Assembly (NCBI GenBank): GCA_013286935.1
Contig: JABDES010000001.1
Location: 2,499 to 66,498 of the forward strand
Source: Candidatus Babelota bacterium
GTDB lineage: Bacteria > Babelota > Babeliae > Babelales > Vermiphilaceae
Reading direction: 5' to 3'
DNA: 64,000 nucleotides
Program-made: the position numbers and the translations under genes
The notes under the pieces: generated by a model
The model's database searches: none
What the model saw: the letters and a program-made list of their open reading frames with translations, nothing else
Told to the model about the DNA's origin: nothing
In this document: positions 19,494 through 29,640 of the stretch, in pieces
Numbering within the stretch: position 1 is the first letter of the stretch
Layout: each line of letters opens with the position of its first letter

Positions 19494-20555
19494 ATGAATG
19501 GTAAAATAGGCTTGTTATGTTCTAGCGTGATCACGATTTTTTGTACCGTTTTTGTTATGACAGTCGATGAGGTTTGCGCAAAAGCATATGATTGGACAGA
19601 GCAAAATGTTGAACGTATCCAGCAAGTGATAAAGGATCAACAAAAGACAGAGCAGGAAAATAGTAAGGGAGTTGATCAGCGGGGAGGATGTGCTGCTGGC
19701 GTGTGTCCTTCAACGGAAGGTTTATTGTTGCAGGAGATTATAACCTGCCTGAATATTATAAAGGCAAGGATAAATACTGTTATAAATGACATCACACAAG
19801 TTTCTCTACAAGATGTTGTTATTATAAGCAAAATTGAAGCGTTAAGCTCTCAGGTAGCACTATGTTGTTCGGAACTTGAAGCGGCCATTGAAACCTCTCT
19901 TGACTCGATTATTTCTGAATTAATAACGACTCAAGATTCAATAATTTCCGAGCTGATAACGGCTCAAGATTCAATAATTGCTGAAGTAAATACATGTTGT
20001 GCCGTAATCACCTCAGATCTGTCTGCCCTGGAAATCTCTCTGATCAGCGCCTTTGATTCTGGCCTTACTTCAGTAGAAAGTTCACTGGCATCAGACATCA
20101 ATAGCTGTTGCGCATCTATCACCTCAGATCTGTCTGCGCTGGAAACTTCTCTGATTGGTGCTTTTGATTCTGGTCTTGCTTCAGTCGAAAGTTCATTAGC
20201 CTCAGATATTAACAGTTGCTGTGCATCTATTACTTCAGATTTATCTGCGGTAGAAACTTCTCTGATCAGCGCTTTTGACTCTGGTCTTACTTCAGTAGAA
20301 AGTTCACTAGCGGCAGACATTAATAGTTGTTGTTCAACCATTACTTCAGATTTGTCCGCCTTGGAAAGTTCAATTATAAGTACTTTTATTAGTCAACTTG
20401 CTTTAGTAGAGTCTTCAATTATAAGTACCTTTTCTAGTGAGATTGCCTCTTTGGAAAGTGCAATAGATGCAAACTCATTTACATCTTGTTGTTCTGTGTT
20501 GAGTTCTCAAATTAATGCAATTCAAGAGATCTTGCTTGGTCAGCTATGCCCTTAG
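19494..20555 (+). CDS. Exported hendecad-repeat Cys-ladder protein, subfamily A, member 2 (short, internally tandem-repeated)
   Basis: Signal-like LLCSSVITIFCTVFVMTV. Cys box GGCAAGVCPS. Three 11-aa repeats (DSIISELITTQ), then four 37-aa repeats each with an INSCCASITSDL box. Ends LLGQLCP. Confidence 0.85.
   Translation: MNGKIGLLCSSVITIFCTVFVMTVDEVCAKAYDWTEQNVERIQQVIKDQQKTEQENSKGVDQRGGCAAGVCPSTEGLLLQEIITCLNIIKARINTVINDITQVSLQDVVIISKIEALSSQVALCCSELEAAIETSLDSIISELITTQDSIISELITAQDSIIAEVNTCCAVITSDLSALEISLISAFDSGLTSVESSLASDINSCCASITSDLSALETSLIGAFDSGLASVESSLASDINSCCASITSDLSAVETSLISAFDSGLTSVESSLAADINSCCSTITSDLSALESSIISTFISQLALVESSIISTFSSEIASLESAIDANSFTSCCSVLSSQINAIQEILLGQLCP
19902..20426 (+). repeat. 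In-frame tandem repeats inside member A2: 33 bp x ~3 (19902-19982), then 111 bp x 4 (19983-20426)
   Basis: Unit starts read directly: GACTCGATTATTTCT at 19902, GATTCAATAATTTCC at 19935, GATTCAATAATTGCT at 19968. The 111-bp units start at 19983, 20094, 20205 and 20316 (GACATCAATAGCTGTTGC / GATATTAACAGTTGCTGT / GACATTAATAGTTGTTGT). Confidence 0.9.
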
Positions 20556-20635
20556 TAAGATAATTCAAATGAAAAGATGGGCGCCATGATAATGAAGCGA
20601 TGTAGAGTAATTTTTATATATTATAAGGAGAAAAA

Positions 20636-21094
20636 ATGAAAAAAAAGCTGGTACATTATGTAACGCTATCTGTCGCTCTCATAAGCCTTATGTCGATACA
20701 GATGACAATGGCTACAGATACCGAACATAAGGCTGCAACTATTCAAAAGCAGCTGGAAGAGTCACTCGAGTCAGATGTTATAGTTTTGTCTCGAGAACAG
20801 GCAATGAAAATAATGCATGTGTTAGAATGCGTTGTAGAGACCTATCAGAAGGACGGCTCTCTGGATTTGCCAGGACAGGGAGCGCGTGCTGCCTTAAGTT
20901 GTTGTGCTCAGTTAGATGAGGTTGTCCAGTGCTTGTTGCTCATTAAATCCTCACTGGCTACTATTCAGGTAATAGATACTTCCATACTGGGTACAGTGGA
21001 AAGCTGCTGTAGCGTTATTGAAGGCCAAATAGCAACTAATCAATCTACACTTGTTTCACTTTTGCAGACAATTATTAGTTGTACATGTACCTAA
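20636..21094 (+). CDS. Exported mini-member of subfamily A (member 3, 152 aa)
   Basis: Signal peptide MKKKLVHYVTLSVALISLMSIQMTMA. N-terminal CC box LSCCAQLDEVVQCLLLIKSSL and C-terminal CC box VESCCSVIEGQI. Ends IISCTCT. Confidence 0.8.
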   Translation: MKKKLVHYVTLSVALISLMSIQMTMATDTEHKAATIQKQLEESLESDVIVLSREQAMKIMHVLECVVETYQKDGSLDLPGQGARAALSCCAQLDEVVQCLLLIKSSLATIQVIDTSILGTVESCCSVIEGQIATNQSTLVSLLQTIISCTCT

Positions 21095-21179
21095 GATTTC
21101 ATGTAAAGATAGAACACAGCAAAATTTTGAATATAAGTTTTGCTGTGTTCCCGTTGTAGTACCGTTGGTATAACAGAGG

Positions 21180-23180
21180 GTGAGAGTGAAATCAATGTTG
21201 TTTTTTTTCTGTGCTGTGTTATTGGTCTTTGTTAATTGGGCAAGCTACATAATTTGTAATAATGTGATCGAAAATAGTTGTGTATGTCAGGAGCGCAACG
21301 AAACGATTTTACTGATAGAAAGCATACAAAAAAGCATCGATGAGCTGTGCTCTCAACTTGCCTGCCTTGCACATCCCAGTTCCTGTGCGACTTGTGACGA
21401 TTTTACAAATTTTTTTATTGCTTTAGACGATCAAATTAGTGCGCTTGTCAAACTTTTGTTAGCCCAAAGCATTACGATTTGTAGTAAATTTACGACGCTT
21501 GAGCGTAGTTTATCCGAACAGGAAGAAGCGATTTGTAGACAGATCATCTCCATACAAAACCAACTTGGAATGAGCATAGATGATATTCTCACACTATTCA
21601 CCAAAACAGCAAGTCATAATAACATAAAAAGACAACACATTTTAGAAGCAATTGGAAAGCTAGGCGCTACCCTTCAGATTGAATTACAATGTGCGTTTAG
21701 TGCCCTCAGATCTGCTGTGCTTGTGCAAACTAATGGTATAAGCATATTGACTAACGATACAAAAACAGCTGTGGTAAAATCCATAGGTGAAATATCTACT
21801 CAGATAGTAAAGTTTGAACATGAAGTTATTGCTCTTATTAACATACTTTTTTCTTATATAGAGTCGGCTACTGCGAGCAATCTTTGCACGTGGTGTGCTG
21901 TATTAAAAGATGCTGGAACAACAATAACAAAAACTATTTTAGAGCAGAACGATACATTTGAATTGACAATGTCTGTCTTGCACGATGAGCTTGTTTCAAA
22001 ATTAAGTGGATTGGAAACGTTTCTGACGCAAAAAGATTCGCACTTATTGGCTCAGATTAATAAAGTAAAAGAGAGTGCGAAAACTGAGCAGTTACGGTTT
22101 GGCTCTGTGTTTGTTATGGCTAACAGTGAAATTAACAGCAGCATTCTTTCTACGTTTGGTAAAATGGATACAGATGTCGTATGTACGGTTGATAGCATTA
22201 GATTATGCTTAATTAGGTTGTGCACCGCTCTGCATACGGATTTGAATAATAATACATTGGCTTTTGCTACCAAATTAGTGGCCTGGTTGGATCAATTTTG
22301 TCTAAAGCTTTCCTGTCTGCAGTCAGCAATATGTGATGTGCTTGCTGCTCAATTTACGGCAACAGAATTGTTTGCTAGTAATAAATTGGATCGCATAAAA
22401 ATTAGAGTGGAGGAGATGCAAGATGGGGTGCAGGTGCAACAGGCTGAAGCACTTGGGAGCATTGATTGTTTAGGTGCTCTCTTAGAACAGGAAGTATGTA
22501 TAAAAATTTCAGGACTTGAAACATCGCAAGCCAAAGATACTGATCAGTTTTTACAGCAATTTGGTTATTTTCAGGCCAATTTGGTGAGTCAGCTGTGTTC
22601 AAAATTGGCCGCTATGGAGCTTGTATTGCTTGGAAAGGCTTCAGATATTATGAACAAAATTGTAAGGACGCAGGTTCAGTTAGATGAAAAAATTGATGAT
22701 ATTGCCGGACAGATAATCTCTGATACTATTGCTCGTGACGATCTTCTTTGTGCTCAGGTGCAAGCGGCTGCATTTGGATTAGAAAGTCAGTTGGTGGTAG
22801 CAATTTCAAATTTGGGCGTAGAATTAAAGAGCCAAGAACACAATCTGTGCGTTAAGGTTACACAAGAGTCTGCATCTCTCCAGCAGGAGACCAATGATAA
22901 TGTGCAAAACAGCGAAGCCGCTTTATTGTCATACAATCAAATGTTATCCACTCAGATAATGGATATGGGATCTACGGTTGACGAAGCATATGAAAACTTT
23001 CTTTCAAATATGGACGTTGTTCAAAATGAGATTATAGGAGATATAGTTGCCACAGGTGCTATTTTAGATAGTCGCCTACAGGATATTACTGCTGCGCTAG
23101 GAGCGGCTTATCTAGAATATTTGGGTGTGCTGACCACTCTGATACTTAATGTAGCAACAAATGGTAGTGCAATATTTTAA
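21180..23180 (+). CDS. Exported hendecad-repeat Cys-ladder protein, subfamily A, member 4
   Basis: Signal-like MLFFFCAVLLVFVNWASYI (GTG 21180 or ATG 21195 start). Cys box SSCATCDDF. Motifs ICSKFTTLERSL, QLCSKLAAMEL and LLCAQV...NLCVKV (the last pair 33 aa apart). Confidence 0.8.
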   Translation: MRVKSMLFFFCAVLLVFVNWASYIICNNVIENSCVCQERNETILLIESIQKSIDELCSQLACLAHPSSCATCDDFTNFFIALDDQISALVKLLLAQSITICSKFTTLERSLSEQEEAICRQIISIQNQLGMSIDDILTLFTKTASHNNIKRQHILEAIGKLGATLQIELQCAFSALRSAVLVQTNGISILTNDTKTAVVKSIGEISTQIVKFEHEVIALINILFSYIESATASNLCTWCAVLKDAGTTITKTILEQNDTFELTMSVLHDELVSKLSGLETFLTQKDSHLLAQINKVKESAKTEQLRFGSVFVMANSEINSSILSTFGKMDTDVVCTVDSIRLCLIRLCTALHTDLNNNTLAFATKLVAWLDQFCLKLSCLQSAICDVLAAQFTATELFASNKLDRIKIRVEEMQDGVQVQQAEALGSIDCLGALLEQEVCIKISGLETSQAKDTDQFLQQFGYFQANLVSQLCSKLAAMELVLLGKASDIMNKIVRTQVQLDEKIDDIAGQIISDTIARDDLLCAQVQAAAFGLESQLVVAISNLGVELKSQEHNLCVKVTQESASLQQETNDNVQNSEAALLSYNQMLSTQIMDMGSTVDEAYENFLSNMDVVQNEIIGDIVATGAILDSRLQDITAALGAAYLEYLGVLTTLILNVATNGSAIF

Positions 23181-23198
23181 ATTAGTGGAAAGGTGGAG

Positions 23199-25301
23199 AT
23201 GTCTGCTAGATTTTGCTCATTTTATGGTCTTGCCAACTGCTTGAGTATAGTAGCATTATGTATATGTATTTTGCGCGGCCAAGAGTCTGGCAAGATTTCT
23301 TCTTTTGCCAAGAACGATTTAGAACGGTTGTTAAGTGACATAGAGAACTTTGTTAAAGATAATCCGTACCTTTGTCAGTACAGAGGTGCGTTATGCAAGC
23401 AACCGAATGCTTGTTGCATAGACATTCAATTACTTAATGAGATTGATTCTTCTTTGTTTGTTATTAAGGCCAGGTTAATTGAATGCCTTTCTCAGATTAA
23501 TTTTTGTTGTGGCGGCGCTGAACAGATTATTGACGCAGAGATTGATCCTTTCTTTGCTAGAATCAACAATCTTATATGCGTATTGAATGATCTGATTATT
23601 GTGCAGCAGAGTAACACTAATTCTTTTGTAGACCAAATTAATACTGAGTTGGATGCAAATAATAATACGACCAAACAAAAACTTTATAGCCTGAATGCTG
23701 CGGTCTTGGCAAATTATGCGGCTTTGTCTGCGCAGATTACCAATGAAAAACAGTTGATTATAGAACAACAGAGGTTGCAAAAAAATGAGTTAGCCCTCGT
23801 GCAATCGAAATTAGATGTCCAAATAGTTACGGGTTGTCTTGAACTCAAAGAACAACTGTTCACTGCTATTGGCCAGATCAGTCAACAATCGATTGCATTA
23901 AACAATACTATTGTACGGGCAGATGAACAGTTAAATAGTGCATTATATGGCGCTCGGCATGCAATTACGAATGCCTTTATTAGTGGCAGTGCTCAACTGG
24001 CTGATTTGATCGAACAGCAATCTTGCGCATTTGATACCAAGATAAAAAAATTATTTGCAAAGCTTAGTGGTCAGTTGACTGGGCAAGTTTCACGTAGCGC
24101 CGTCAATAGCTCTATTCAAACAGATATGATCTGCCAAGGTATTTCAAATATAGGACGCTCACAACAGCGTCAGTCTAATGTTCTTATTCAAAAACTAGTT
24201 GATATTATAGCGCTTCTTGGAAAATTAACCGATGTTACGGTAGAACGAATTCTTGTTGCCACATCTGCTTTGACTACTCAAGTCAATGAGCAAAGTTCCC
24301 TTTTGGCCTCCACAATGTCTAATTCCATTCCCACTCTTATTACTCAATTAGTAAGTTGTCGGTCAAGTCTATACAATGCATTATGCGAGCAAGTATTGGG
24401 GCTAGAGATTCAAATGGTTGAAAGTAGTGACAAAGCCTGTGCCAAACTACAAAATTTTGAAACGGATTTTTGCCAGTTTTTTGAAATGCAAATTTCAAAG
24501 CTAAATAACAATGCTATTGTATCGATGGCAGATATCACTGGTCAACTCGCTGTTTTGGATGAATCTTTGCGCACGTATAAAACATATGTTTCCAGTCGTT
24601 TTTCTTGCGTCCAGCAGGGTGTGCAGTCGCAAATATGCCAAAAGCTTTCCAATCTTTCTACCGAAGAGCTTTTTAATAAAAATTGCATTCTTGGACAGTT
24701 AGTTAATGCAGATTTACAGATTACAGGACAGCTTTCAAATAAAATATCTACAATTTCTAAAAATTTGACCGCAGAAAATGCAGCTATCCAGGTTGGCATA
24801 AGCAATGCATTGCTGGATGTGTATAACCATTTGGGGCAAAATTTTTCTACACTCAATGGAGTGCTTGTTGCCAATAGCAATGCATTATGCGCAAAGCTGG
24901 CGGCAGCACAAACGGTTCTTGCCGGAGATCTTAATAACTCATTGGCGCAGTTATATACTGATTTGACAAATCGAAATAATATAATATCTCAAAGAATTAC
25001 GACGCTTGGTTTGGATTCTGGATTAGCAGTCAATGGTGGTCTATCTACCCTCTCTACGAGCATATTCGTCCAGAATCAAAGCCTATGTAACCAATTAGTT
25101 AATTTTTTAACAGAAGTTACGGCGGATAACAATGCTGTTATGACCAAATTATCAGGAATAGAATTGGCAATTACAACAACGTTGATCAATACAACCCAGG
25201 AGGTTGATAATGCTATTACTATGATTTATGCAGAGGTTCAGAACCTGCTATTAACGTTTGCGTATACCTATTCAGCCATACTGATTTATTTGTTGGTGTG
25301 A
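23199..25301 (+). CDS. Exported hendecad-repeat Cys-ladder protein, subfamily A, member 5
   Basis: ATG 23199 after AAAGGTGGAG. Signal-like FYGLANCLSIVALCICIL. CC box PNACCIDIQLLNEI. Clean hendecad run QLVNADLQITG/QLSNKISTISK/NLTAENAAIQV/... ALCAK to SLCNQ spacing is 66 aa. Hydrophobic C-terminus TFAYTYSAILIYLLV. Confidence 0.85.
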   Translation: MSARFCSFYGLANCLSIVALCICILRGQESGKISSFAKNDLERLLSDIENFVKDNPYLCQYRGALCKQPNACCIDIQLLNEIDSSLFVIKARLIECLSQINFCCGGAEQIIDAEIDPFFARINNLICVLNDLIIVQQSNTNSFVDQINTELDANNNTTKQKLYSLNAAVLANYAALSAQITNEKQLIIEQQRLQKNELALVQSKLDVQIVTGCLELKEQLFTAIGQISQQSIALNNTIVRADEQLNSALYGARHAITNAFISGSAQLADLIEQQSCAFDTKIKKLFAKLSGQLTGQVSRSAVNSSIQTDMICQGISNIGRSQQRQSNVLIQKLVDIIALLGKLTDVTVERILVATSALTTQVNEQSSLLASTMSNSIPTLITQLVSCRSSLYNALCEQVLGLEIQMVESSDKACAKLQNFETDFCQFFEMQISKLNNNAIVSMADITGQLAVLDESLRTYKTYVSSRFSCVQQGVQSQICQKLSNLSTEELFNKNCILGQLVNADLQITGQLSNKISTISKNLTAENAAIQVGISNALLDVYNHLGQNFSTLNGVLVANSNALCAKLAAAQTVLAGDLNNSLAQLYTDLTNRNNIISQRITTLGLDSGLAVNGGLSTLSTSIFVQNQSLCNQLVNFLTEVTADNNAVMTKLSGIELAITTTLINTTQEVDNAITMIYAEVQNLLLTFAYTYSAILIYLLV

Positions 25302-25323
25302 TGATTGACGAAAGAAGTGGACA

Positions 25324-27342
25324 ATGAACGTGAGTGGTTGGCATGCTATAGCTTTTCTAACGGTCTCTTTTATATATTGTTCAGTTTTGTCTGCTGATAC
25401 TGTTCAGACCAGAGTTGTCAATAACGGGGTACAGGGCTCAATGGAATGTATGAATACGGTAGTAGGCGTTGCATTGTACATTAAACTATTGCTTGAAGAT
25501 TTTATTGCCGTATTTGATTTATTCGAGACTACGAGTAGTCAATCCATAGGTCGCAAAGTTTTGGAGCGCTTCGCTCTTTTAAGTAGTAAGTTAAATGCCA
25601 TAGAAACTATGATCTCTAAAGAAGATGAATATTTGATTGCCCAATTCAACGCCCTTTCGATTGGCGCTGTACAGGATTACGACATGCGCACGCAACAGGT
25701 AGGCCAAGTAGGTCGCACTCTTGATGAGTCTCAGATGAGCTTTGTAGAACAACTCGCTCAATTACTGGTTGTGTCCAAAGTAATGGTTGAACAACTGTCT
25801 GTTCAGATAAACAGTTTTCAAAAAAGATTTTCTATCATATTTAACGATTGCTCTGCGGATTTATACAACACATTTGTCTACGAAAATCAACAACTTATTA
25901 CACAATACAATACCACTGCATCTCTATTGTCTGGATTTATTACAGATTTTTGTGAACATCTTTTTAATACTCAAGAAAATCTACAGGTACTTTTTAATAT
26001 TCAGGGAAATCAGATAACACGTATGCTTCATAATCAAAATGAATATGTAATAAAACTAATCAAGGAATTTGGTAGATCACTGGAGTTGCAGGCAGCTCGT
26101 CAGATTACCCTGATAGGTACCGATTTAACCGTTAATACTAATGCCATTTGCTCAAAATTATCAGGACTTGAGTTAGCATGTACACAGCAGGGCGATACAG
26201 TTTTATTAAATGAAAAGTTTATAGAGCAGGCAGAAAGTTTTTATGAGCAATCTGTAGAGCAAGCTCTTGTTCGTTATAATACACAAATTAATAGAATTAT
26301 GGTTCGTCAATTTTCACGCCTCCTGTTAGGTTTTACAGAACTTGCATCTCGATTCAACGTTGATTTATCGTTATTTGAAAACGACTTACGTGCTCGTATA
26401 GTGCAACAGCTTAGTATGAGCATGCAAACTTTAACTGGTGTTTCATCGACATTACAATCAAAGATATGTTTTATTTCTGCAGATTTGGGATGCAAGGTTC
26501 GAAAAAGTTTGTCTGATACCCGTCTTATCTTTGGAAAAACTGCATCCAAGACACTATCGCAGATAGCATTGCTCGAAGAGCATGTGCAGATATATACGGG
26601 TGATATAAAAAGACAGTTTGCCTGTGTAGATTCTCAATTACGTTCAACGGCATGCAAAAAGGTTTCTGATCTGGAATTACAGCAGGTCATGTATGCTCAA
26701 GCGATTACCGATCAGCTGGCAGCTATGTACTCAGGTATTAATCAACAGTCTAGTCTTCAATTATCCTCTTTGGAGATTGAGCTTAGCAGGCAAAATGACC
26801 AGATTTGTACACAACTTGTTAACTTTGATGCAAATCTTATAGCACTGCTTGCGCGACAATTTTCCAACGAGCAGTCATCTATTGCATCTAACAAAGCGCT
26901 TTTGTGCTCTAAAATAAATAGTATTCAGGTGAATACGCAGGCTGATATTAAAACAAAATTATCATCATTTGCTACCAATCTTGCAAAACAAGATTATTCA
27001 TTATGCGCACAGTTGGAATCTGCAGAATGCGATCTTATTGCTACTTCAACTACAGAGTTTACGAGTATCTTTGCTCAAATAGCACTAGCCAATGCTGCTT
27101 ATTGTTCAAAAATCGCTTCAATTGAAAATAATCTTGCCAGTCAAACTGACAATTTGTGTACTCAAATAATGATGTTTGATGCATCAATCATGGCCTCTAT
27201 TCAATCAGAGAGTGACTTTCTTCAGTCGCGCATAGGAGAAGTTATTACTCTGATTAATATGAATAATAATTTATTAACCGTAGCAAACCAAGTGTTTGGA
27301 GCTGTTGCAGCTGGTCAAGTTGCGTTGCCTGCTCAAGCATAA
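25324..27342 (+). CDS. Exported hendecad-repeat Cys-ladder protein, subfamily A, member 6
   Basis: Signal-like WHAIAFLTVSFIYCSVLSA. LLCSK -> SLCAQ -> AYCSK are each exactly 33 aa apart. Ends AAGQVALPAQA. Confidence 0.85.
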   Translation: MNVSGWHAIAFLTVSFIYCSVLSADTVQTRVVNNGVQGSMECMNTVVGVALYIKLLLEDFIAVFDLFETTSSQSIGRKVLERFALLSSKLNAIETMISKEDEYLIAQFNALSIGAVQDYDMRTQQVGQVGRTLDESQMSFVEQLAQLLVVSKVMVEQLSVQINSFQKRFSIIFNDCSADLYNTFVYENQQLITQYNTTASLLSGFITDFCEHLFNTQENLQVLFNIQGNQITRMLHNQNEYVIKLIKEFGRSLELQAARQITLIGTDLTVNTNAICSKLSGLELACTQQGDTVLLNEKFIEQAESFYEQSVEQALVRYNTQINRIMVRQFSRLLLGFTELASRFNVDLSLFENDLRARIVQQLSMSMQTLTGVSSTLQSKICFISADLGCKVRKSLSDTRLIFGKTASKTLSQIALLEEHVQIYTGDIKRQFACVDSQLRSTACKKVSDLELQQVMYAQAITDQLAAMYSGINQQSSLQLSSLEIELSRQNDQICTQLVNFDANLIALLARQFSNEQSSIASNKALLCSKINSIQVNTQADIKTKLSSFATNLAKQDYSLCAQLESAECDLIATSTTEFTSIFAQIALANAAYCSKIASIENNLASQTDNLCTQIMMFDASIMASIQSESDFLQSRIGEVITLINMNNNLLTVANQVFGAVAAGQVALPAQA

Positions 27343-27372
27343 TGTGGCTATGATGAAAGGGGTTGTAAAAAA

Positions 27373-29625
27373 ATGAAAAAAGCGACGATGCATGGCATAT
27401 TGATGGGCATATTTCTTGCGCTTTATTCGACCTCTTTGGTGGCTTGCGAGTCACTAAGGCTTGAGCAACTTGCTGATAAGTTGGCTTGTATAAATTCAAA
27501 ATCAGTTGAACGCGGTCACTTGAAAGAATGTTGTGAAGATCCAAGGATTTTAAATGAGATTTTTACTGATCTGTTTCGTTGTATATTTATTATCAGTAAC
27601 CGTTTAAGTTACCTAACAGAGGCAATTAGCTCTTTTGACACCTCACTGACCCAAGAGATTATTAATATTATTAATGATCAATTGCATTCTCAACTTCTTG
27701 CATGTCAAATTGATACCATTGAATCTGATCTGCGCCAGCAAGAACTTCTTATTTGTGAGCTAGTGTCTGCTTTTGATAGTCTTACTAAAATGTTAAACAC
27801 ACAATTGAGCGAATCTTTGAGTAGTTTGTCTGACGATATAGTGGTAGATGAGAGTTTAAATGACAGTGCCGTGTTAGTTTTTGCAACTCAATCTGCACAT
27901 CTTAATGATCGGGCTTTTTTTAGTGTTGAAAAGGCACAGGCAGAAACCGTTTCATTTATTGATCAATCAGAATCGTCGTTGTTAAATGTTTTTGCTACGG
28001 GTTTTAGTCAGACAGAACGGGTTATAACAGCAATTAACCAAACAGTTACAGATCAACTATCAGATGCAAAACTTTTGGTAATAAAAGCATTTGAGACGGA
28101 CAGTGCATTATTGCAGGAAATTTCACTACAAGCTGCGTTAGAGCTTAAGAATGCGCATACGGTTTCAGAAATTATATCCTCTGCTGCTATTCAGGTTGAT
28201 GCTGCACTCATAAAAGATTTTAATACTCTTTTGTCAATTGCGCAGGCCAATCAGGAACGATTATATGCTTCGATTGATAGGATAAAAAATAGTTGCTGTT
28301 GTCAAGATAGTAAGTTGAGTGATGCTTTAACTAAGAATCAATCAACTTTGGTCCAATCAACAGAGCGTCTTTTACAAGAATTGTCAAAAGACAAAAAAAC
28401 GATTATGAGTTTTTTAGGGAAGTCGGGAGATAATTTTATCGATAAGGTTAATCAATTTGGTTGCTGTGCATGTGAGCGCACAAATAAAATAGGCAAATCG
28501 CTTATTGCCGATATTGACGAACAGTATAAGCTACTGCAAGTACAGGCCTCAGAGCAGCTGTTTTGTTTAGTAGATCAGCTTTCTTGTTTACAAAAAGTAG
28601 CAATAAAAGAAACAGCAGAACAAATAGAGCTTTTACGTCCACAAATTGCTGGTACATGTACCACCATTGGTGGAAGATTGTCTCATTTGGATAAGGAAAT
28701 TTGTGCAGCAGATGCACAGGTTTTACAACAACTAAAGTGCATAGAAATGCAATTAATAGGGCAGTTATGTCTTAAATTGTCATCTCTTGAAAGCACGCGT
28801 ATTGTACAGAAAAATAGTTTGCTGATAGAGTCTTCCGACTTTCAAACTCATATTATAAACGAATTATGTTCAAAAATTTCAAGTATAGAAACTGATTTAG
28901 TAGTGCAGAATGGCATGCTCCGCTCCAGAGCCTCTTGCCTGGATACATCTATCTCGCGTGCATTGCTAGAAGGTTTTGGACAGGTTCGCTCAAGTCTGAA
29001 TGCGTTTAATGCAGCTATTTTTTCTAAAATTCTGACCTTTCAAAGTGGAGTGAGCACGACAATTGACAGTTCTGTTTCAGCGACTTTATCAGAGCTTTCA
29101 ACTCTTAATAGCTTGCTAAAGCAAAAAGTTGACCAGCTTGATTCTGGCGCGCAGTCGTCATTAAATCAGGGCTTTATTGCTTTATCGGGGCAGTTGGCTG
29201 CACGTAATGCGCTACTGTGTCAAAAAAATGCAAGTTTAGAGGCTATGGCTATTTCAGAAGTTGATTTCTTGTGTGAAAAATTCAGTAATGCTTCGTCGGA
29301 TATAAGTTTTTCTCTATTGCAGATGAGTACCACCTTATTAGAGTCAATTGCTAGTTTGGATACTGGCATAACGTTAAGTTTGCTGCTTATCAGCCAATTA
29401 AATGGCTTGGTAGATACTATGCAGCCAGGATTTTTAACCTTTAAGTATGACCCACTTGTAGGAGCAGGTTTGGTAGCGCTACTTTCAGCAGGATTTAATG
29501 CTATGGATGCTGAAGTTGCAGCAAATCCTTCGTTAGCATCGCTTCAAGCTGCGCTTTTAAATGCGGATTTTCTTGCAGCTGTAGCTATAATCACTGTTTT
29601 CTCTTTCCTTCCTCCACTCATTTAA
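27373..29625 (+). CDS. Exported hendecad-repeat Cys-ladder protein, subfamily A, member 7
   Basis: Signal peptide MKKATMHGILMGIFLALYSTSLVAC. CC box LKECCEDPRILNEI. QLCLKLSSLES -> ELCSKISSIET is 33 aa apart. Hydrophobic C-terminus AAVAIITVFSFLPPLI. Confidence 0.85.
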   Translation: MKKATMHGILMGIFLALYSTSLVACESLRLEQLADKLACINSKSVERGHLKECCEDPRILNEIFTDLFRCIFIISNRLSYLTEAISSFDTSLTQEIINIINDQLHSQLLACQIDTIESDLRQQELLICELVSAFDSLTKMLNTQLSESLSSLSDDIVVDESLNDSAVLVFATQSAHLNDRAFFSVEKAQAETVSFIDQSESSLLNVFATGFSQTERVITAINQTVTDQLSDAKLLVIKAFETDSALLQEISLQAALELKNAHTVSEIISSAAIQVDAALIKDFNTLLSIAQANQERLYASIDRIKNSCCCQDSKLSDALTKNQSTLVQSTERLLQELSKDKKTIMSFLGKSGDNFIDKVNQFGCCACERTNKIGKSLIADIDEQYKLLQVQASEQLFCLVDQLSCLQKVAIKETAEQIELLRPQIAGTCTTIGGRLSHLDKEICAADAQVLQQLKCIEMQLIGQLCLKLSSLESTRIVQKNSLLIESSDFQTHIINELCSKISSIETDLVVQNGMLRSRASCLDTSISRALLEGFGQVRSSLNAFNAAIFSKILTFQSGVSTTIDSSVSATLSELSTLNSLLKQKVDQLDSGAQSSLNQGFIALSGQLAARNALLCQKNASLEAMAISEVDFLCEKFSNASSDISFSLLQMSTTLLESIASLDTGITLSLLLISQLNGLVDTMQPGFLTFKYDPLVGAGLVALLSAGFNAMDAEVAANPSLASLQAALLNADFLAAVAIITVFSFLPPLI

Positions 29626-29640
29626 TGATATGGTGCTCTT

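Noticed and set aside
19964-20341. 125-aa antisense ORF inside member A2
   Set aside because: It exists only because the 111-bp tandem repeats lack stops on the opposite strand. Its translation is itself a repeat of the reverse frame. It has no start context and lies fully inside a much better-supported CDS.
19902-20426. Possible CRISPR-like array (regular direct repeats)
   Set aside because: The repeats are contiguous with no unique spacers and are in frame within a long CDS. They encode a coherent protein repeat, and no cas genes are present in the window.
17554-29625. Possibility that the large repeat proteins are autotransporters or chlamydial Pmp-type adhesins
   Set aside because: There is no C-terminal beta-barrel-like alternating pattern ending in an aromatic residue. 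There are no GGA[ILV]/FxxN motifs. The sequence is helix-type with 11-residue periodicity rather than beta-helix repeats.
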